Positions 26,590 through 40,164 of a stretch of 64,000 nt of DNA are shown piece after piece. Position numbers and translations under genes: made by a program. Origin of the DNA: Antedon mediterranea (taxonomy: Eukaryota; Animalia; Echinodermata); the NCBI RefSeq assembly GCF_964355755.1, contig NC_092671.1:10788001-10852000 (forward strand). The letters are read 5' to 3'. Under the pieces are notes generated by a model that saw only the letters and a list, made by a program, of their open reading frames with translations, was not told the DNA's origin and searched no databases. Numbering within the stretch: position 1 is the stretch's first letter; the number at the start of each line of letters is the position of its first letter.

Positions 26590-27288
26590 CTATAACACTT
26601 AAAAAAAGGCCTGTGCTCTTCAATTATAATCTGAGTGGACATGATCTTGAGATGGTTTATGTATGGAAAGATTTAGGTATTTTTATTGATAGTAAATTAA
26701 ATTTTTGTTCACATATTAATCATGTGTTGTCAAAAGCTAATAGAATGATGGGCTTAATATGGAGAAATTGTAGGTTAATGAACGACGGCAGGGCACTTTT
26801 ATCTTTATACAAATCTATTATACGTCCTCACCTTGAATATTGTTCCGCAATTTTCAATTCAATTTCTCCATGTCAGGCCCGTCGAATCGACACTGTTCAA
26901 CGGAAGTTTGTTCGATTCCTGTCTTATAACTGTGTTAATTTTGCCTTTTCCATTGATTCTGTCAGCAATCGTCGAACGATATCTGATATGGTTTTTTTAT
27001 ATAATATTTTAAATTCTAAATATGACTGTTCATTAATTTCACTATTTAGTTTAAATGTTCCTGGTCGTACACGAAATAGACATTTATTGCATATTCCTTT
27101 TAGCCGTGTCGACTGTACTAAGAGGGGACTTTTTCATAGACTACCTTATACATTTAATAATCTAAATAGCAATCATATCGATATTTCTAATGATAGACTT
27201 GGTTATTTTAAGAGGACGATTATGTGTTCACTTCTTGAACAGCCTGCATAACCTGTTTTAATTGAAATTGTTTATGGCATGCCAATCT

Positions 27289-27321
<33 letters not shown>

Positions 27322-27440
27322 TTTATCTGTATTTTATTGTTAACCGTTTTTGATGTTGTATTGTTTTATGTTTCAAACCTGTTAGTGGCGGTATTTATCG
27401 CTGTTGGTTTTTATTGAATAAAATAAAATAAAATAAAATA
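26590..27440 (+). mobile_element. 5'-truncated CR1-like LINE 3' end
   Basis: ORF 26613-27251: KDLGIFIDSKLNF..HI....SKANRMMGLI, LYKSIIRPHLEYCSAIF, VQRKF. (AAAAT)n tail at ~27417-27440. Interrupts sequence homologous to 6240/9990. Confidence 0.85.
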
Positions 27441-27757
27441 CCTAAATGTTAAACCTTCCAGTAAGGAAATGGCCTACTAATACACTTCCTTTAACATATA
27501 TGCCCGTCCAGAAAAATAATGGAACATTTAAAACGCAAATGTTGTTTGAGTTGGGTATATGAATCGATACTCTGATTGGCTGAAAATTTATGGACAACCA
27601 TATCAAAAATAACATCATTTAACGGTAGAACAAGCTATTTTTGTACTAGATATTTAATGTTGACACGTTGCTTGGTGATGGAAGGGTCGATTTTCATTAT
27701 GGGGGAATAAAATGAAGACGCTTGCTTTAGCCATGATGGAGGAAATATATATATATA

Positions 27758-28265
27758 CCTTCACTTGCACTGATGAAGGGCTAGTGTTGCCCGAAAGCTC
27801 TGATAACTTTCCTGGCTCTTTTACTTTATCGTTTTGATTTAGCTTTTTTTTTTTTTTTTATGTATCTACATTGAGATCCAGCCACTGATACCCACAGCAT
27901 TGTCATTTTTTCAGTAATTTGCCTTTGGATTTATATATATGAAGGGCTAGTGTTGCCCGAAAGCTCTGCTAACTTTTCTGGCTGTTTTACTTCTCGTTTT
28001 GATTTAGCTTTTCGCTTTTTTTTTGTATCTCCATTGACATCCAGCCACTGATACCCACAGCATTGTCATTTTTTCAGTAATTTGCCTTTGGATTTATATA
28101 TATGAAGGGCTAGTGTTGCCCGAAAGCTCTGCTAACTTTTCTGGCTGTTTTACTTCTCGTTTTGATTTAGCTTTTCGCTTTTATTTTGTATCTCCATTGA
28201 GATCCAGCCACTGATACCCACAGCATTGTCATTTTTTTCAGTAATTTGCCTTTGGATTTATATAT
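27758..28265 (+). repeat. Three tandem ~165-bp Penelope pLTR-like units with a minimal hammerhead ribozyme motif
   Basis: Unit tgaagggctagtgttgcccgaaagctctg...gagatccagccactgatacccacagc...ggatttatata occurs at ~27775, 27940 and 28103. First unit: GCA-CTGATGA-A-GGGC-tagtgtt-GCCC-GAAA-GCTC (27767-27800). Confidence 0.65.
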
Positions 28266-28362
28266 AATAATACATAGAAATATTTCTTACAAAAAACGCC
28301 ACTCGACGTTTTAAATTTTTGTTCTTTCTTTATTAAATGATGTTTTTGTTATTGATATTCTA

Positions 28363-31300
28363 CTTTTTTATTTTATTTTATTTTATTCAATTTCCAGGTA
28401 ACATACAAAAATCATAAACAAGGTACGGCATCATTCAACAAAACAGAACAAAAGTACTATCAGCACCTGCTGGTAACCAAAAGTGGATCAGTTCAAAAGA
28501 ACTGCACTGTCGAGTGGCTTTCCCAACTAATAGTACGAAAAACGCAATAGACATAAAAACACAGTGATAGTCTAGATGAATTCGATATCAGTAATACATT
28601 TTTTCAAATCCCTTCTAAACCCCCCAAAGTTAAACAGGACTTTGTTACGAACTTCATGCGGGATACATTCCCATATTCGAGGGAAATTAACAAACAGGGA
28701 GTATTTAAATGCATTAGTTCTAGCATACATGTGTTTAAAGGTGAGGGACTCTGGATACCGAGAATTAATTGTAAGGTATTCAAATATATCAAAATCAATT
28801 AAATTATGCAAACACTTAACTACAAAAATTATACTATGAAATTTCATTCTTTGAACCATATCTGGTAAATTTAGTATCTTAAGCCTGTCAGTGAAATCGC
28901 CTTCAGCACACAATTTAGTAACCCGTCTTAATGACTTGTTAATAGCTATATTATGTTGTTTTTGATGTGGATCCCACACAGGAGCACCATATTCAATAAC
29001 AGGTCGACATAGTGCATTAAAAAGTCGCAGTAAAATTTCGGTGTCATTGAAACCTACAAACCGTTTGATAAACCCAAGCATTCTCATAGATTTCATCGAT
29101 ACATCATTAACGTGAGCAGACCATGTTAAATCACGTGAGAAGTTAATACCAAGATATTTATGTGAATTAACAGCTTCAAGGGGATTGGATTCGATTGTAT
29201 AAATAAAATGAGGGATATAATTACGTTTCCTAGTTATGTGCATGACTTTACACTTCTTTGCATTTAATTTCATTTTACTATCCTCACACCATTTGGAAAT
29301 TTTACAAAGATCCTTTTGTAAGGTAAGTGCATCATGACGACTGAATACAGGTTTATAAATTACTGTATCGTCTGCATACTGCTTCATAACAGAAGAGGTA
29401 TTTAGAGGTAGGTCATAAACAAAGAGATTAAATAGAAGCGGGCCTAACACTGATCCCTGAGGAACACCCGAGCCCACTCTATCCCAATCAGAATGCTCCT
29501 TATTAAGAACAACACGTTGGAATCTGTCACTGAGAAAGGAGTGAAGACACTTTAGGAGAGATCCACATACTCCCATGTTGTGCAGTTTCTTGATTACTAA
29601 ATCATGGGGAACACGGTCAAAGGCCTTCTCCCAATCAAGGAATATTGCATCAATTACAGGAGGTTGTCTAACATCCATTGTTTGTGACCAATCATGATAT
29701 AACGCTGAGGCCTGTGTAATACACGATCTACCTGGATAAAACCCGTGTTGCGTGGGACTTATAAATCCAAAAAATTGAAGATGAAAAAGAATGTTATCTG
29801 CTATAATACGTTCAAAAACCTTACCTATAATAGAACATAGCGATATGGGCCGATAATTATTAACATCGTTACGATTACCTGACTTAAAAATAGGAGTGAC
29901 ATTCGCGAGTTTCGAATCTTTTGGTACAAAGCCATCCGTTAAGAACTTGTTAAACATTTTGCACAACACTGGGGCAATAATTGGAGCTGACATGGATAAC
30001 ATTTTAGGTGTAATCCCGTCTGGTCCAGGGGATTTGTTGGGTTTCAATGACAATAGAGCCTCGAAAATAGTTTTTTCAGTAATATTAATGTTATTAAGGG
30101 GAACAATATCTGGGTGAACACAATTACAGATCTCATGGTTAACATTGAAATTACGATTAGGTTCGTTAAAGTTTGACGCAAAGAATGTGGAAAATGCATT
30201 TACCGCATCGATATCGGAAACCAAGGGTATACCGTTAAAAACAAAGTTTTTGACTTGTCCAGTCTTACGCCTAGTCTTAACATAACTAAAAAAACGTTTG
30301 GAGTCACCATTTACACAGGCGACACTTAATTTCCTAATATATTGTAAATGAGCTTTTTTTGTTAGGTTTCTTAAATTTTATTACTAAACTTTCTATATTT
30401 GTCCATCTTACTTGGGTTATGAGGATGACGATAAGCCTCTTTTAGCATTCGTTTCTTTTTACGAGCCATGATAACCATTTCTTGAGTTATCCAAGCTGGC
30501 CTGTTTCTTTTTTTACTTTTGACTTTAGGGATACACTCGTTGATAGTGGCGAGAAAGAGGTCTTTAAAATTTTCCCACATTTCCTCACAGTCTGATTGTT
30601 CCAGGCACAGTCCCCAAGGAACCGCCCCCAACGTTGTAAAAAGATCGTCATGGTCACATTTACTATATTGATAAAAATATCTATCTACAGGTTTAACTTT
30701 ACTGCATCTAGCGTTAATATTAAAATAAACCCCAAGGTGGTCACTTGTACTGAGACCGGGATGACTTCTGAAATTACATACAATGTCAGGGTTATTGCAC
30801 AAGACCAGATCAATAATGCTACTTTTGGTGTTAGAAACACGAGTACAAAAATCAACAAATTGTATAGTATCAAGTGGAGCAATAGTTTCTTTAAATTTCT
30901 TATAAACTAAGGGACTATCAACACCGTAATCATAATTAAAATCACCAGTTAAAATTATACCACAGTACTTATGTAAAATAGATAGGATAAAATCAACGAC
31001 ATCGTGGAATTGATTGAGCCAATCGTCATTTGAACTCGGTGGCCTATAAACAGCACATATTAAAACTTAAAAATTTTGACCTCAATGTTAGTAGGAAAGT
31101 CAACAATAGAGGATTTAAATGCGTTCTTCAAAGCTAACAGAACACCACCACCGTGTCTTGAACGGTCCTTTCTGTACACAACGAATGAGTCTGGAAACAG
31201 TTCCATAGGCCTACTATCAATAGAGGAGTCCAGCCACGTTTCTGTGACAATCAAGATGTCCAATTCATCAATTGCGATACGCGCATGGAATTCTTCGATC

Positions 31301-32275
31301 TTATTCACCACACTTCTGGCGTTAAATAAAGCAACTTGAATAAGGTTAGTTTCAAAGATGGAAGAATCAGTTGATGTATTGCTGGATGCAAGTGACAATA
31401 TACTGTTGTTGTTCAATGAGTTGTAAAAAAATGAGTCCGATAGTTGTGGTAGGGAGCAGATGTTACACGCCCATGGATTATCTTGATAAAACACATAACT
31501 ATCGCTGCTCATAGGTATGCACTTGATATGAAATATGTGATGACATTCACAGCAAATCAGACATTTTTGATTGCGTCTCGTCGTTTTAGCGCAAGATTCA
31601 CATGTATTCTTCGTACTATTACCGTTTCCAATATGCTGGCTCTCACTAACCAACAAACATAGGTTAAAAGTCGAATAATGATTGGCGTAATATCTCACAG
31701 GCCTACTTATATATCGTTTTCTTGTGGTGTTATTAATGCTAGCACATGTATGCAAAAAAAGAGAACATGACTCACCGACACGGATGTTATAATGAACATT
31801 TTCGTTATGATAGCTGAGTTGACGAACCAGACAATCAAATGAACCTGGTTGAAATATGATTGATCTCAGAAATAATGTGCAGAGTAATGTCATCAAACAA
31901 CTAAATAGAGCCATTATGTTGTTAAATAAGTCAATTCAAATAGGTCCAGATATGTGTTTGTTGTACCGGTACAGCTAATCAACTAGCGAGCCAGTGTACT
32001 ACACTGTACTACAGCAGCTGGTTTGGCGCGAAATGCAAATCACGGCGTGATCCGGAATTCCTTAGTTCCGATGGCACAAATACATCAAAAAACATCTAAA
32101 ATTCACGAAATTGGACCACAGAACAAACATAAATACCATCAAGAATGTTCACAAGTGAAATGATAACGACTGGAAACATCCAAAACACCAAAGAAAAGTC
32201 AAATTCACTAGGAAAAACTTAATTCCAAACACACTGAGGAGCACGATTAAAAACACGTCCGTGTCGTTCGAGTGG
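28363..32275 (-). mobile_element. Near full-length CR1-clade LINE (PHD finger + APE endonuclease + RT) with two frameshifts
   Basis: ORF 31060-31914: PHD (CESC..CCEC..FHIKC..WACNIC), NARS, VTETWL, RKDR..HGGGV. Then YRPP, GDFN, TSDH. ORF 28572-30224: KSPGPDG, NYRPISL, DWEKAFDRV, GVPQGSVLGPLLF, YADD. (AAAAT)n tail at ~28363-28388. Breaks at ~31070 and ~30375. Confidence 0.9.
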
Positions 32276-32679
32276 TATTTACAGACTTAATATTGTTTAA
32301 AATAAAATTTAATTGAACCATCATGGGAACTATTTTCAAGAACAAATGAGTAAAATTAACAACTAAATAAAATAAAATACAAAGCACCAAAGGGTGTCAG
32401 GAAATACTTAAACAATTAGTAACAAAGAAAGCATAAAAAGGTAGGCTCCTCTCGTTAATTATTTTGCTTTGATCATGGAGGAAATATAGATTCCTCCTTG
32501 CGTTGATTGAGTCTTTTTTTTTGTCAAGTGAGGGTCTTAACTCTTTCCAAAGCATTTCATTAATTGCACATATATAATACTTTAAAATAATTGATTGTAT
32601 CAGTAGAACTGATATCATGATTTCTTAGATGTTCTCCTATGATACCTTTGTTGTGTTCGTTAATGCGTTGATAAAGGTG

Positions 32680-33000
32680 CCGACAAGTGTATACGAGATA
32701 ACAAAACAAGAAGAATGGAGTAAAAGAATTAAACGAAGGAGACTAAAATGGTATGGACACATAATTAGATTACCGGATGATACCCCAATCAAACAAACAA
32801 TGAAGGAAACTAACAGGAAAGTAAAACGACCCGTAGGAAGACCAAGAAATAACTGGATGAATCAAATAAAGAAAGACTTACAAGGACAAGTAGACACTAA
32901 CACAATAACAAACCATCCTGCCATAAACAGACAAAAATGGAAACAAATTGTGGAAAGCGTAATGTCGGAAGACGGAAAACGTTAACAACAAACAAAACAA
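32680..33000 (+). mobile_element. RTE-clade LINE 3' fragment
   Basis: RIKRRRLKWYGHIIRL...KRPVGRPRNNW...NRQKWK, followed by a CAA-rich tail. Confidence 0.75.
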
Positions 33001-33129
33001 TACACAGCAAAATTTGAAATTCTAAGCAAGAAAAAAAAATCTTGTTTTAAGAAAAAATTCTTAAAATAAGTATTTTTTTTCTTGTCAAGATTTAAAATTA
33101 CTTAAAACAAGAAATAATTTTCTAGAAAA

Positions 33130-34555
33130 GACACATTTTCTTAAATTAAGTTTTGCAATATTCTTGAAAATGCTTATTACAAGAAATATTTTACTTAAAA
33201 TAAGAAGTCAATATCATTCTCTTCTTATTAAGAATAGTTTTGCTTAAAACAAGATTTGAAAATACTTAATTTGAAAAGTATTTTACTTAAAATAAGAAAT
33301 CTATATTATATTTATCCCTATCAAGAATAATTTTTCTTAAATCAAGATTGATGAATTATAAAAATTACTTAAAACAATAAATATTTTTCTAGGTAAGACA
33401 AAGTTTCTTAAATTAGGTTTCGCAATAGTCTTGAAAATACTTGTTTTGAGAAATATTTTACTTAAAATAAGAAGTCAATTTCACACTACCCTTATCAAGA
33501 TTATTTTTACTTGAATCAAGATTCGCAATATTCTTGAAAATGCTTATTACAAGAAATATTTTACTTAAAATAAGAAGTCAATATCATTCTCTTCTTATTA
33601 AGAATAGTTTTGCTTAAAACAAGATTTGAAAATACTTAATTTGAAAAGTATTTTACTTAAAATAAGAAATCAATATTATATTTATCCCTATCAAGAATAA
33701 TTTTTCTTAAATCAAGATTGATGAATTCTTAAAATTACTTAAAACAATAAATATTTTTCTAGGTAAGACAAAGTTTCTTAAATTAGGTTTCGCAATATTC
33801 TTAAAAACACTTATTTTGAGAAATGTTTTACTTAAAATAAGAAGTCAATATCATACTATCTTATCAAGACTATTTTTGCTTAAATTGAGATTCGCAATAT
33901 TTTAAAAAATACTTATTTTGAGAAATGTTTTACTTAAAATAAGAAGACAATATCATACTATCTTATCAAGACTATTTTTACTTGAATCAAGATTCGCAAT
34001 ATTCTTAAAAATACTTATTTCGAGAAATGTTTTACTTAAAATAAGAAGTCAATATCATACTATCTTATCAAGACTATTTTTGCTTAAATTGAGATTCGCA
34101 ATATTTTTAAAATACTTATTTTGAAAAATGTTTTACTTAAAATAAGAAGTCAATATCATACTATCCTATCAAGACTATTTTTGCTTGAATTCAGATTCGC
34201 AATATTCTGATTTTGAGAAATGTTTTACTTAAAATAAGAAGTCAATATCATACTATCTTATCAAGACTATTTTTACTTGAATCAAGATTCGCAATATTCT
34301 TTAAAATACTTATTTTGAGAAATGTTTTACTTAAAATAAGAAGTCAATATCATACTATCTTATCAAGACTATTTTTGCTTAAATTGAGATTCGCAATATT
34401 TTTAAAAATACTTATTTTGAGAAATGTTTTACTTAAGATAAGAAGTCAATATCATACTATATCCTATCAAGACTATTTTTGCTTGAATTGAAGTCAATTC
34501 TATTTTAATATTCTTAAAAATACTTATTTTGAGAAATGTTTTACTTAAAATAGAT
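33130..34555. repeat. Left subterminal tandem array (~102-bp unit, plus a larger ~370-bp duplication)
   Basis: Repeated ttttgagaaatgttttacttaaaataagaagtcaatatcatactatcttatcaagac; 34-aa periodicity in the spurious ORFs. Confidence 0.9.
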
Positions 34556-37500
34556 TGTCAATATCCTTATATTCACACAACGGTAGAGCAGTTAGCACTT
34601 CAGTTTCAACTGATGAAAGAATCTGGGTAATCAAACTGTTTGTGCTTTGAATAATCGATTGCACTGCAACCTAAAGAAAATAATATTGATTTAATATTTT
34701 TTATATTCAAGTTTTAATATGTTTAAAAACTAAGTTGTGCTTTAGTTGGAGAGCTATGCAGCCTAACAAAAAAAATGTTATTTGTAACAATGAAATTGGT
34801 CACAAAAAAAATGCAACATAAACTTAGAGTGTATAATGCCTAGGCCTAGGCCTAGTACCCAAGTCCTATAGTTACTATAGCTAATAGTCCTGTATAATAA
34901 CAGTACCAGCAGGGCCTAGGAAATAGACGTATTTCTCTAATAAAAAATAGTTTAAAATGCATAATTGTTGTAATTTTAAAGCAAAATGGCTTACCTGTGG
35001 AATCTTGTTTCTCTCCTTTAATTTTAGTAGAAGGAAATCAGCATTTTTTATACTATTATCTGCTTGTTCATCCTCTACAGTAGTTAGTAGGCCTTCTTGC
35101 TGAGCATCAACAAGATCATTAATATTAAACAATCATTAACAGTATAACAATACTAGAATTATCACTACTACTATCGTCAGTTGATAAATCATCCCCGTTA
35201 TAATAGTTTTTTTCTTCATTAACTTCGTCAGTCTCCTAGTCTAGGCCTAGTTCTACTTCATCCTCAATTGGCATCCTCGTTTTCTCCAGGCATACTTATA
35301 TACTGATGTTTCCATCGTCAACTGCAGGAGGTTGCCGATTGTTATACTCGTCCTTAAAATGGCGTCTTATGACATGCTTGTAAAACGAATTGTAAATTCC
35401 AAAGCTTGCCGGGCAGCGAACCACCAATTCCACATGTTACTCGAAAATTCGGAGTATTTCCATGAATTGAATTATAATGCCTTAGCAAATAGGGTAGCAA
35501 ATACTGTACCTACTTCAGTTTACTGGCACCAACTTATCGCTTTTTTTCGGACTGCAACAAACATGTGTCATTATTATTGTCTGTCGTATTACTGTTGGTC
35601 CAGACGTTTTATAGATTTGCTTTAACCACCATGGAGGTTTATACCTCCATGCTTTAACGTTGAGCAGTATAATGACCTTATACATTCTGGGTAAAAGGCC
35701 AGCGATAAATTTTTGGTTATAGTTGAAAAACAACACTGTGTGTGGTCGATGACCTAGCTCCCGGCGGGATCATGGCCAACGGTTTTTTAAAGTAATCATT
35801 CAAAATCTAGAGTTTGTAAGTAAAAGACACCTTTCATCGCAATTTATATATTAAATGCTTCAATAGGCCTAGTAAGATTAGTCTAATATAATGTCGAAGG
35901 AAGACGCTTTGTTGAAGATCCGAGAAATAGATGAAGAAGTGGCCAACATTTTAACAGGTTCGTAGGCCTAATAATTATATTTTAATCTGCCAGCAGTCTA
36001 GGCCTAGGCTCCTTCCTAGTTAGTAATACTGTAGGCCTGGAACTAGTAGGTCTAGGCTAGCCTACTATGCCTGTACTGACGGACAGGTGTATAGGTTTAG
36101 CTTAGCATTTTAGTTCAGACATTGACAGAGGGGACAAATATTGTCGGACCTATTTCAGCTAGGTATAAGGAAGGCCTAATAATAGATAATACAATTATAA
36201 TTGTAACAGTTATTTTGTAATGTAGCCATGAAATATCTACGAAGGATTATATTATATACACATATTCCAATGAGAAATATAATGACATTTAAAAACATTT
36301 CTTTATATTTAATTAATTGTACACACTAAGTAATCCCCGAAGTGATCACATCGATATTGAAACTTAATGTTTTTAACTCTAAATTTAAAAAAAACATACT
36401 AAAAAAACAAACAAAAAACATACGTACTGCATAACTAAAATTGTTATATTAAATTTCTTTTTAAAAAACTGTGTTATTTACAATATCTTAAATTATTTGT
36501 TAGGTAATTGAAGAAGTTCGAAGGATACTAATTATTACTAGGCAAAGAGGAATGAAATACAAAAGAAAGCTTTTTAAAAAAGTGCTTAGCAAATTTTTCC
36601 AAAGAAGAGAATAATATAGTTTATTTTGGTATTTTAAAGAGAAACACCAGTCCTCCATCTGGTAAGTACAGTGTATGTTTTTGTACTTTTATCTATTCAT
36701 AAATAGTTTTATAATGGACCAATGGTAGTGAGGAAAATACGTGTACATATTGTGTACGTATTTTTAACAGCTTGGTTCGACTCAAGCTAGTGTCATGCAC
36801 TCCTCCCTTTGACAACTAAAATTAAATAAATGACTTATGAATATTAATTTTTGACATATTAATGCTCTCCTGGCCAGCCCACCCTTTCCCCTTCCTTTTA
36901 CATTGACCACCTACAAAACTGTAGGCTACATTATTAAAAATTTGAGCTACAGTATATCAAGTTTATGTCCATACATTATTCCACTCATTTAAATAAATTT
37001 ATATAATATAATGTTTTCAATTTGTTATTTTTGGTTAGGTTCAAAGATAACCCATATGTTGTCAAATCTGTCAAACATATTTGTTGGGAAAAACTCATCA
37101 AAAAAAGTCTGCCGACCTTGAAGGTATTTAGTGTTTTTTTAAATTTAAAATACAAGTAACATTATGTACATTAAAAAAAAATATCTTAAAGTGTTTTTTT
37201 AAAATCAAATTTATCTTAGCTTAAAATTCAAGGTATATACTATGTTTACAATAATTTATTAAAATCAAACAATTGTTATTATAAACATTGATACGGAATA
37301 AAAACATCAATCAGGATTGAGCACCGTTTTGCGTATTGTCTTCCTAAATAGTAATATTAAAAATAAATTTAGACCCTAATAATTTAACTAAAAATAATAG
37401 ATACAGCCAGGCCTGTCTTTGGGATCGGTATAAACAGGGCAAAGTTTGTGATTAAAAAGTTCAAATGCATATTCCACCCACCCTTATTTCTTATAATGTA

Positions 37501-38399
37501 AAATTATTCTTACCACCGTTCTAATATTGCGTCATGTTTTTGTGTTTACCGCCCCAGATATAGGACTCTAAAACCACACCGTACCCAATTAGTTGATGAT
37601 GTTACACATATTTTAAATACAGTAATAACTAAAACTATATTAATCTCTTTTCATGTTTAGGAACATGAATAAAGATCCGATCCGACCGATCAGGTAATAT
37701 GCCGGTATTGCTTTTGGACACAGAAATGGCCTACATTAAAGTTTAGCAAACAATTTTAACTACAAAGAAAGCAAAATTAGATGAGGCTCTAGTTACTCTC
37801 CTCTCCACTTTTTACCTTCTGGATTTTGATTATCCAAAATGAAAAGAAGTAGGCCTCACTATCCTTTAACAGTTAGTGATTTGTGATGAAAACACACCTG
37901 TACACTTTACAAAGGCTGTTGAATCATCATTAGTATACATTAATAAATTTAAAGACACCTAATAGTTTAAAGCTCAGGTGCGGGAGAAGAATTTTACGAA
38001 ATTTGTATTTTACCATTTTAATGTTTTTAAGTTTTCTTTTGATGGCATTTTATTATTAATAAAAACAAGTTTGTTTTAAAGAAGTTGTATATATTATTGT
38101 ACCTAATGTCATGTAAATTGTAGTTCTTAATGAAAATAACAGTATTGTTAATATTATGTTTTATAACATTCTTGAATTTATTTGTTTAAGTAAAATATTA
38201 CTTAAAATGAGTATTCATTTATCGTTCTTAAAATAAATTTTTAATGATTTATATTTTATAGAATTCTTGTTTCAAGCAATTTTTTTCCCAATATAAGTAA
38301 GAATTTACGAATTTTAATTTGATAGAATTCTTGTTTCAAGCAATACTTTTCTTAAAATAAGTAAACATTTACTGGTTTTTATTTGATAGACTTCTTGTT

Positions 38400-39835
38400 T
38401 ACTTATTTAAAAAAAAGTTTTGCTTGAAACAAGAATTCTACAAATAAAAATCGGAATATTCTTACTTATTTTAAGAAATATATTGCTTGAAACAAGAAAA
38501 CTAAAAATATAAATCGGAATATTCTTACTTATTTTAAGAAAAATATTGCTTAAAACAAGAATTCTAAAAAATACAAACCGGAATATTCTTACATATTTTA
38601 AGAAAAATATTGCTTGAAACAAGAATTCTACAAATAAAAATCGGAATATTCTTACTTATTTTAAGAAATATATTGCTTGAAACAAGAATTCAAAAAATAC
38701 AAATCGGAATATTCTTACTTATTTTAAGAAAAATATTGCTTGAAACAAGAATTCAAAAAATACAAATCGGAATATTCTTACTTATTTTAAGAAAAATATT
38801 GCTTGAAACAAGAATTCAAAAAATACAAATCGGAATATTCTTACTTATTTTAAGAAATATATTGCTTGAAACAAGAATTCAAAAAATACAAATCGGAATA
38901 TTCTTACTTATTTTAAGAAAAATATTGCTTGAAACAAGAATTCAAAAAATACAAATCGGAATATTCTTACTTATTTTAAGAAAAATATTGCTTGAAACAA
39001 GAATTCAAAAAATACAAATCGGAATATTCTTACTTATTTTAAGAAATATATTGCTTGAAGCAAGAATATTAAAATTAAAAATCGGAATATTCTTACTTAT
39101 TTTAAGAAAAATATTGCTTAAAACAAGAATTCTAAAAAATACAAATCGGAATATTCTTACTTATTTTAAGAAAAATATTGCTTGAAACAAGAATTCTACA
39201 AATAAAAATCGGCATATTCTTACTTATTTTAAGAAATATTTTGCTTGAAACAAGAATTCAAAAAATACAAATCGGAATATTCTTACTTATTTTAAGAAAA
39301 AAATTGCTTGAAACAAGAATTCAAAAAATACAAATCGGAATATTCTTTCTTATTTTAAGAAAAATATTGCTTGAAACAAGAATTCAAAAAATACAAATCG
39401 GAATATTCTTACTTATTTTAAGAAAAATATTGCTTGAAACAAGAATTCAAAAAATAAAAATCGGAATATTCTTACTTATTTTAAGAAATATCTTGCTTGA
39501 AACAAGAATTCAAAAAAATACAAATCGGAATATTCTTACTTATTTTAAGAAATATATTGCTTGAAACAAGAATTCTATAAAATACAAATCGGAATATTCT
39601 TACTTATTTTAAGAAATATCTTGCTTGAAACAAGAATTCAAAAAAATACAAATCGGAATATTCTTACTTATTTTAAGAAATATATTGCTTGAAACAAGAA
39701 TTCTATAAAATACAAGTCGGAATATTCTTACTTATTTTAAGAAATATATTGCTTGAAACAAGAATTCAAAAAAATACAAATCGGAATATTCTTACTTATT
39801 TTAAGAAAAATATTGCTTGAAACAAGAATTCTATT
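38400..39835. repeat. Right subterminal tandem array (~63-bp unit, >20 copies)
   Basis: Repeated aaatcggaatattcttacttattttaagaaaaatattgcttgaaacaagaattc; 21-aa periodicity in the spurious ORFs. Confidence 0.95.
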
Positions 39836-40164
39836 TTAAAAAATTGATAAATTGTTACTTATTTTAAGGCAGATACTGCTTAAAACAAGAATGAAAAAAG
39901 CAATTAAATTCTTGGTAAGAATATTGTTCTTAAAGTATTATTTCTTGGTAAGAATAATTTTCTTGATAAGAATTTGTGTGATTCTTGTTAAGAATTTTAC
40001 GATTCTTGGTAAGCCAAAAAGTATTGAAATACGGACAAGTCAAAATTTACTTGTTTCAAGAAATATTTTGCTTGAAACAAGTTTTTTTTTTCTTAAAACA
40101 AGAATCAGAATTTTGCTGTGTAAGCATTGTATAGACACGATTTTCTGATGTTTAACATCAACAA

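Larger units (their letters stand above)
33003..40120. mobile_element. Degenerate EnSpm/CACTA (CMC) DNA transposon with long subterminal satellite arms
   Basis: TA|CACAGCAAAATT...AATTTTGCTGTG|TA termini (2-bp TA duplication). Minus-strand transposase N-terminal remnants (zinc finger LLRHYNSIHG..TCGIGG/CPASF..YNSFYKHV.RRH ~35355-35500; FLLLKLKERNKIPQ|VAVQSII). Plus-strand accessory gene remnant ending ALVTLLSTFYLLDFDYP (~37785-37840). Confidence 0.75.

Noticed and set aside
27758-28265. Possible CRISPR-like array
   Set aside because: The units are whole tandem copies with no unique spacers, there are no cas genes, and the context is eukaryotic.
33918-34491. Repetitive ORFs RNVLLKIRSQYHTILSRLF
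   Set aside because: Artefacts of the 102-bp array.
38407-39564. Repetitive ORFs (LLETRIQKIQIGIFLLILRKI)n
   Set aside because: Translation artefacts of the 63-bp satellite; frames break between units.
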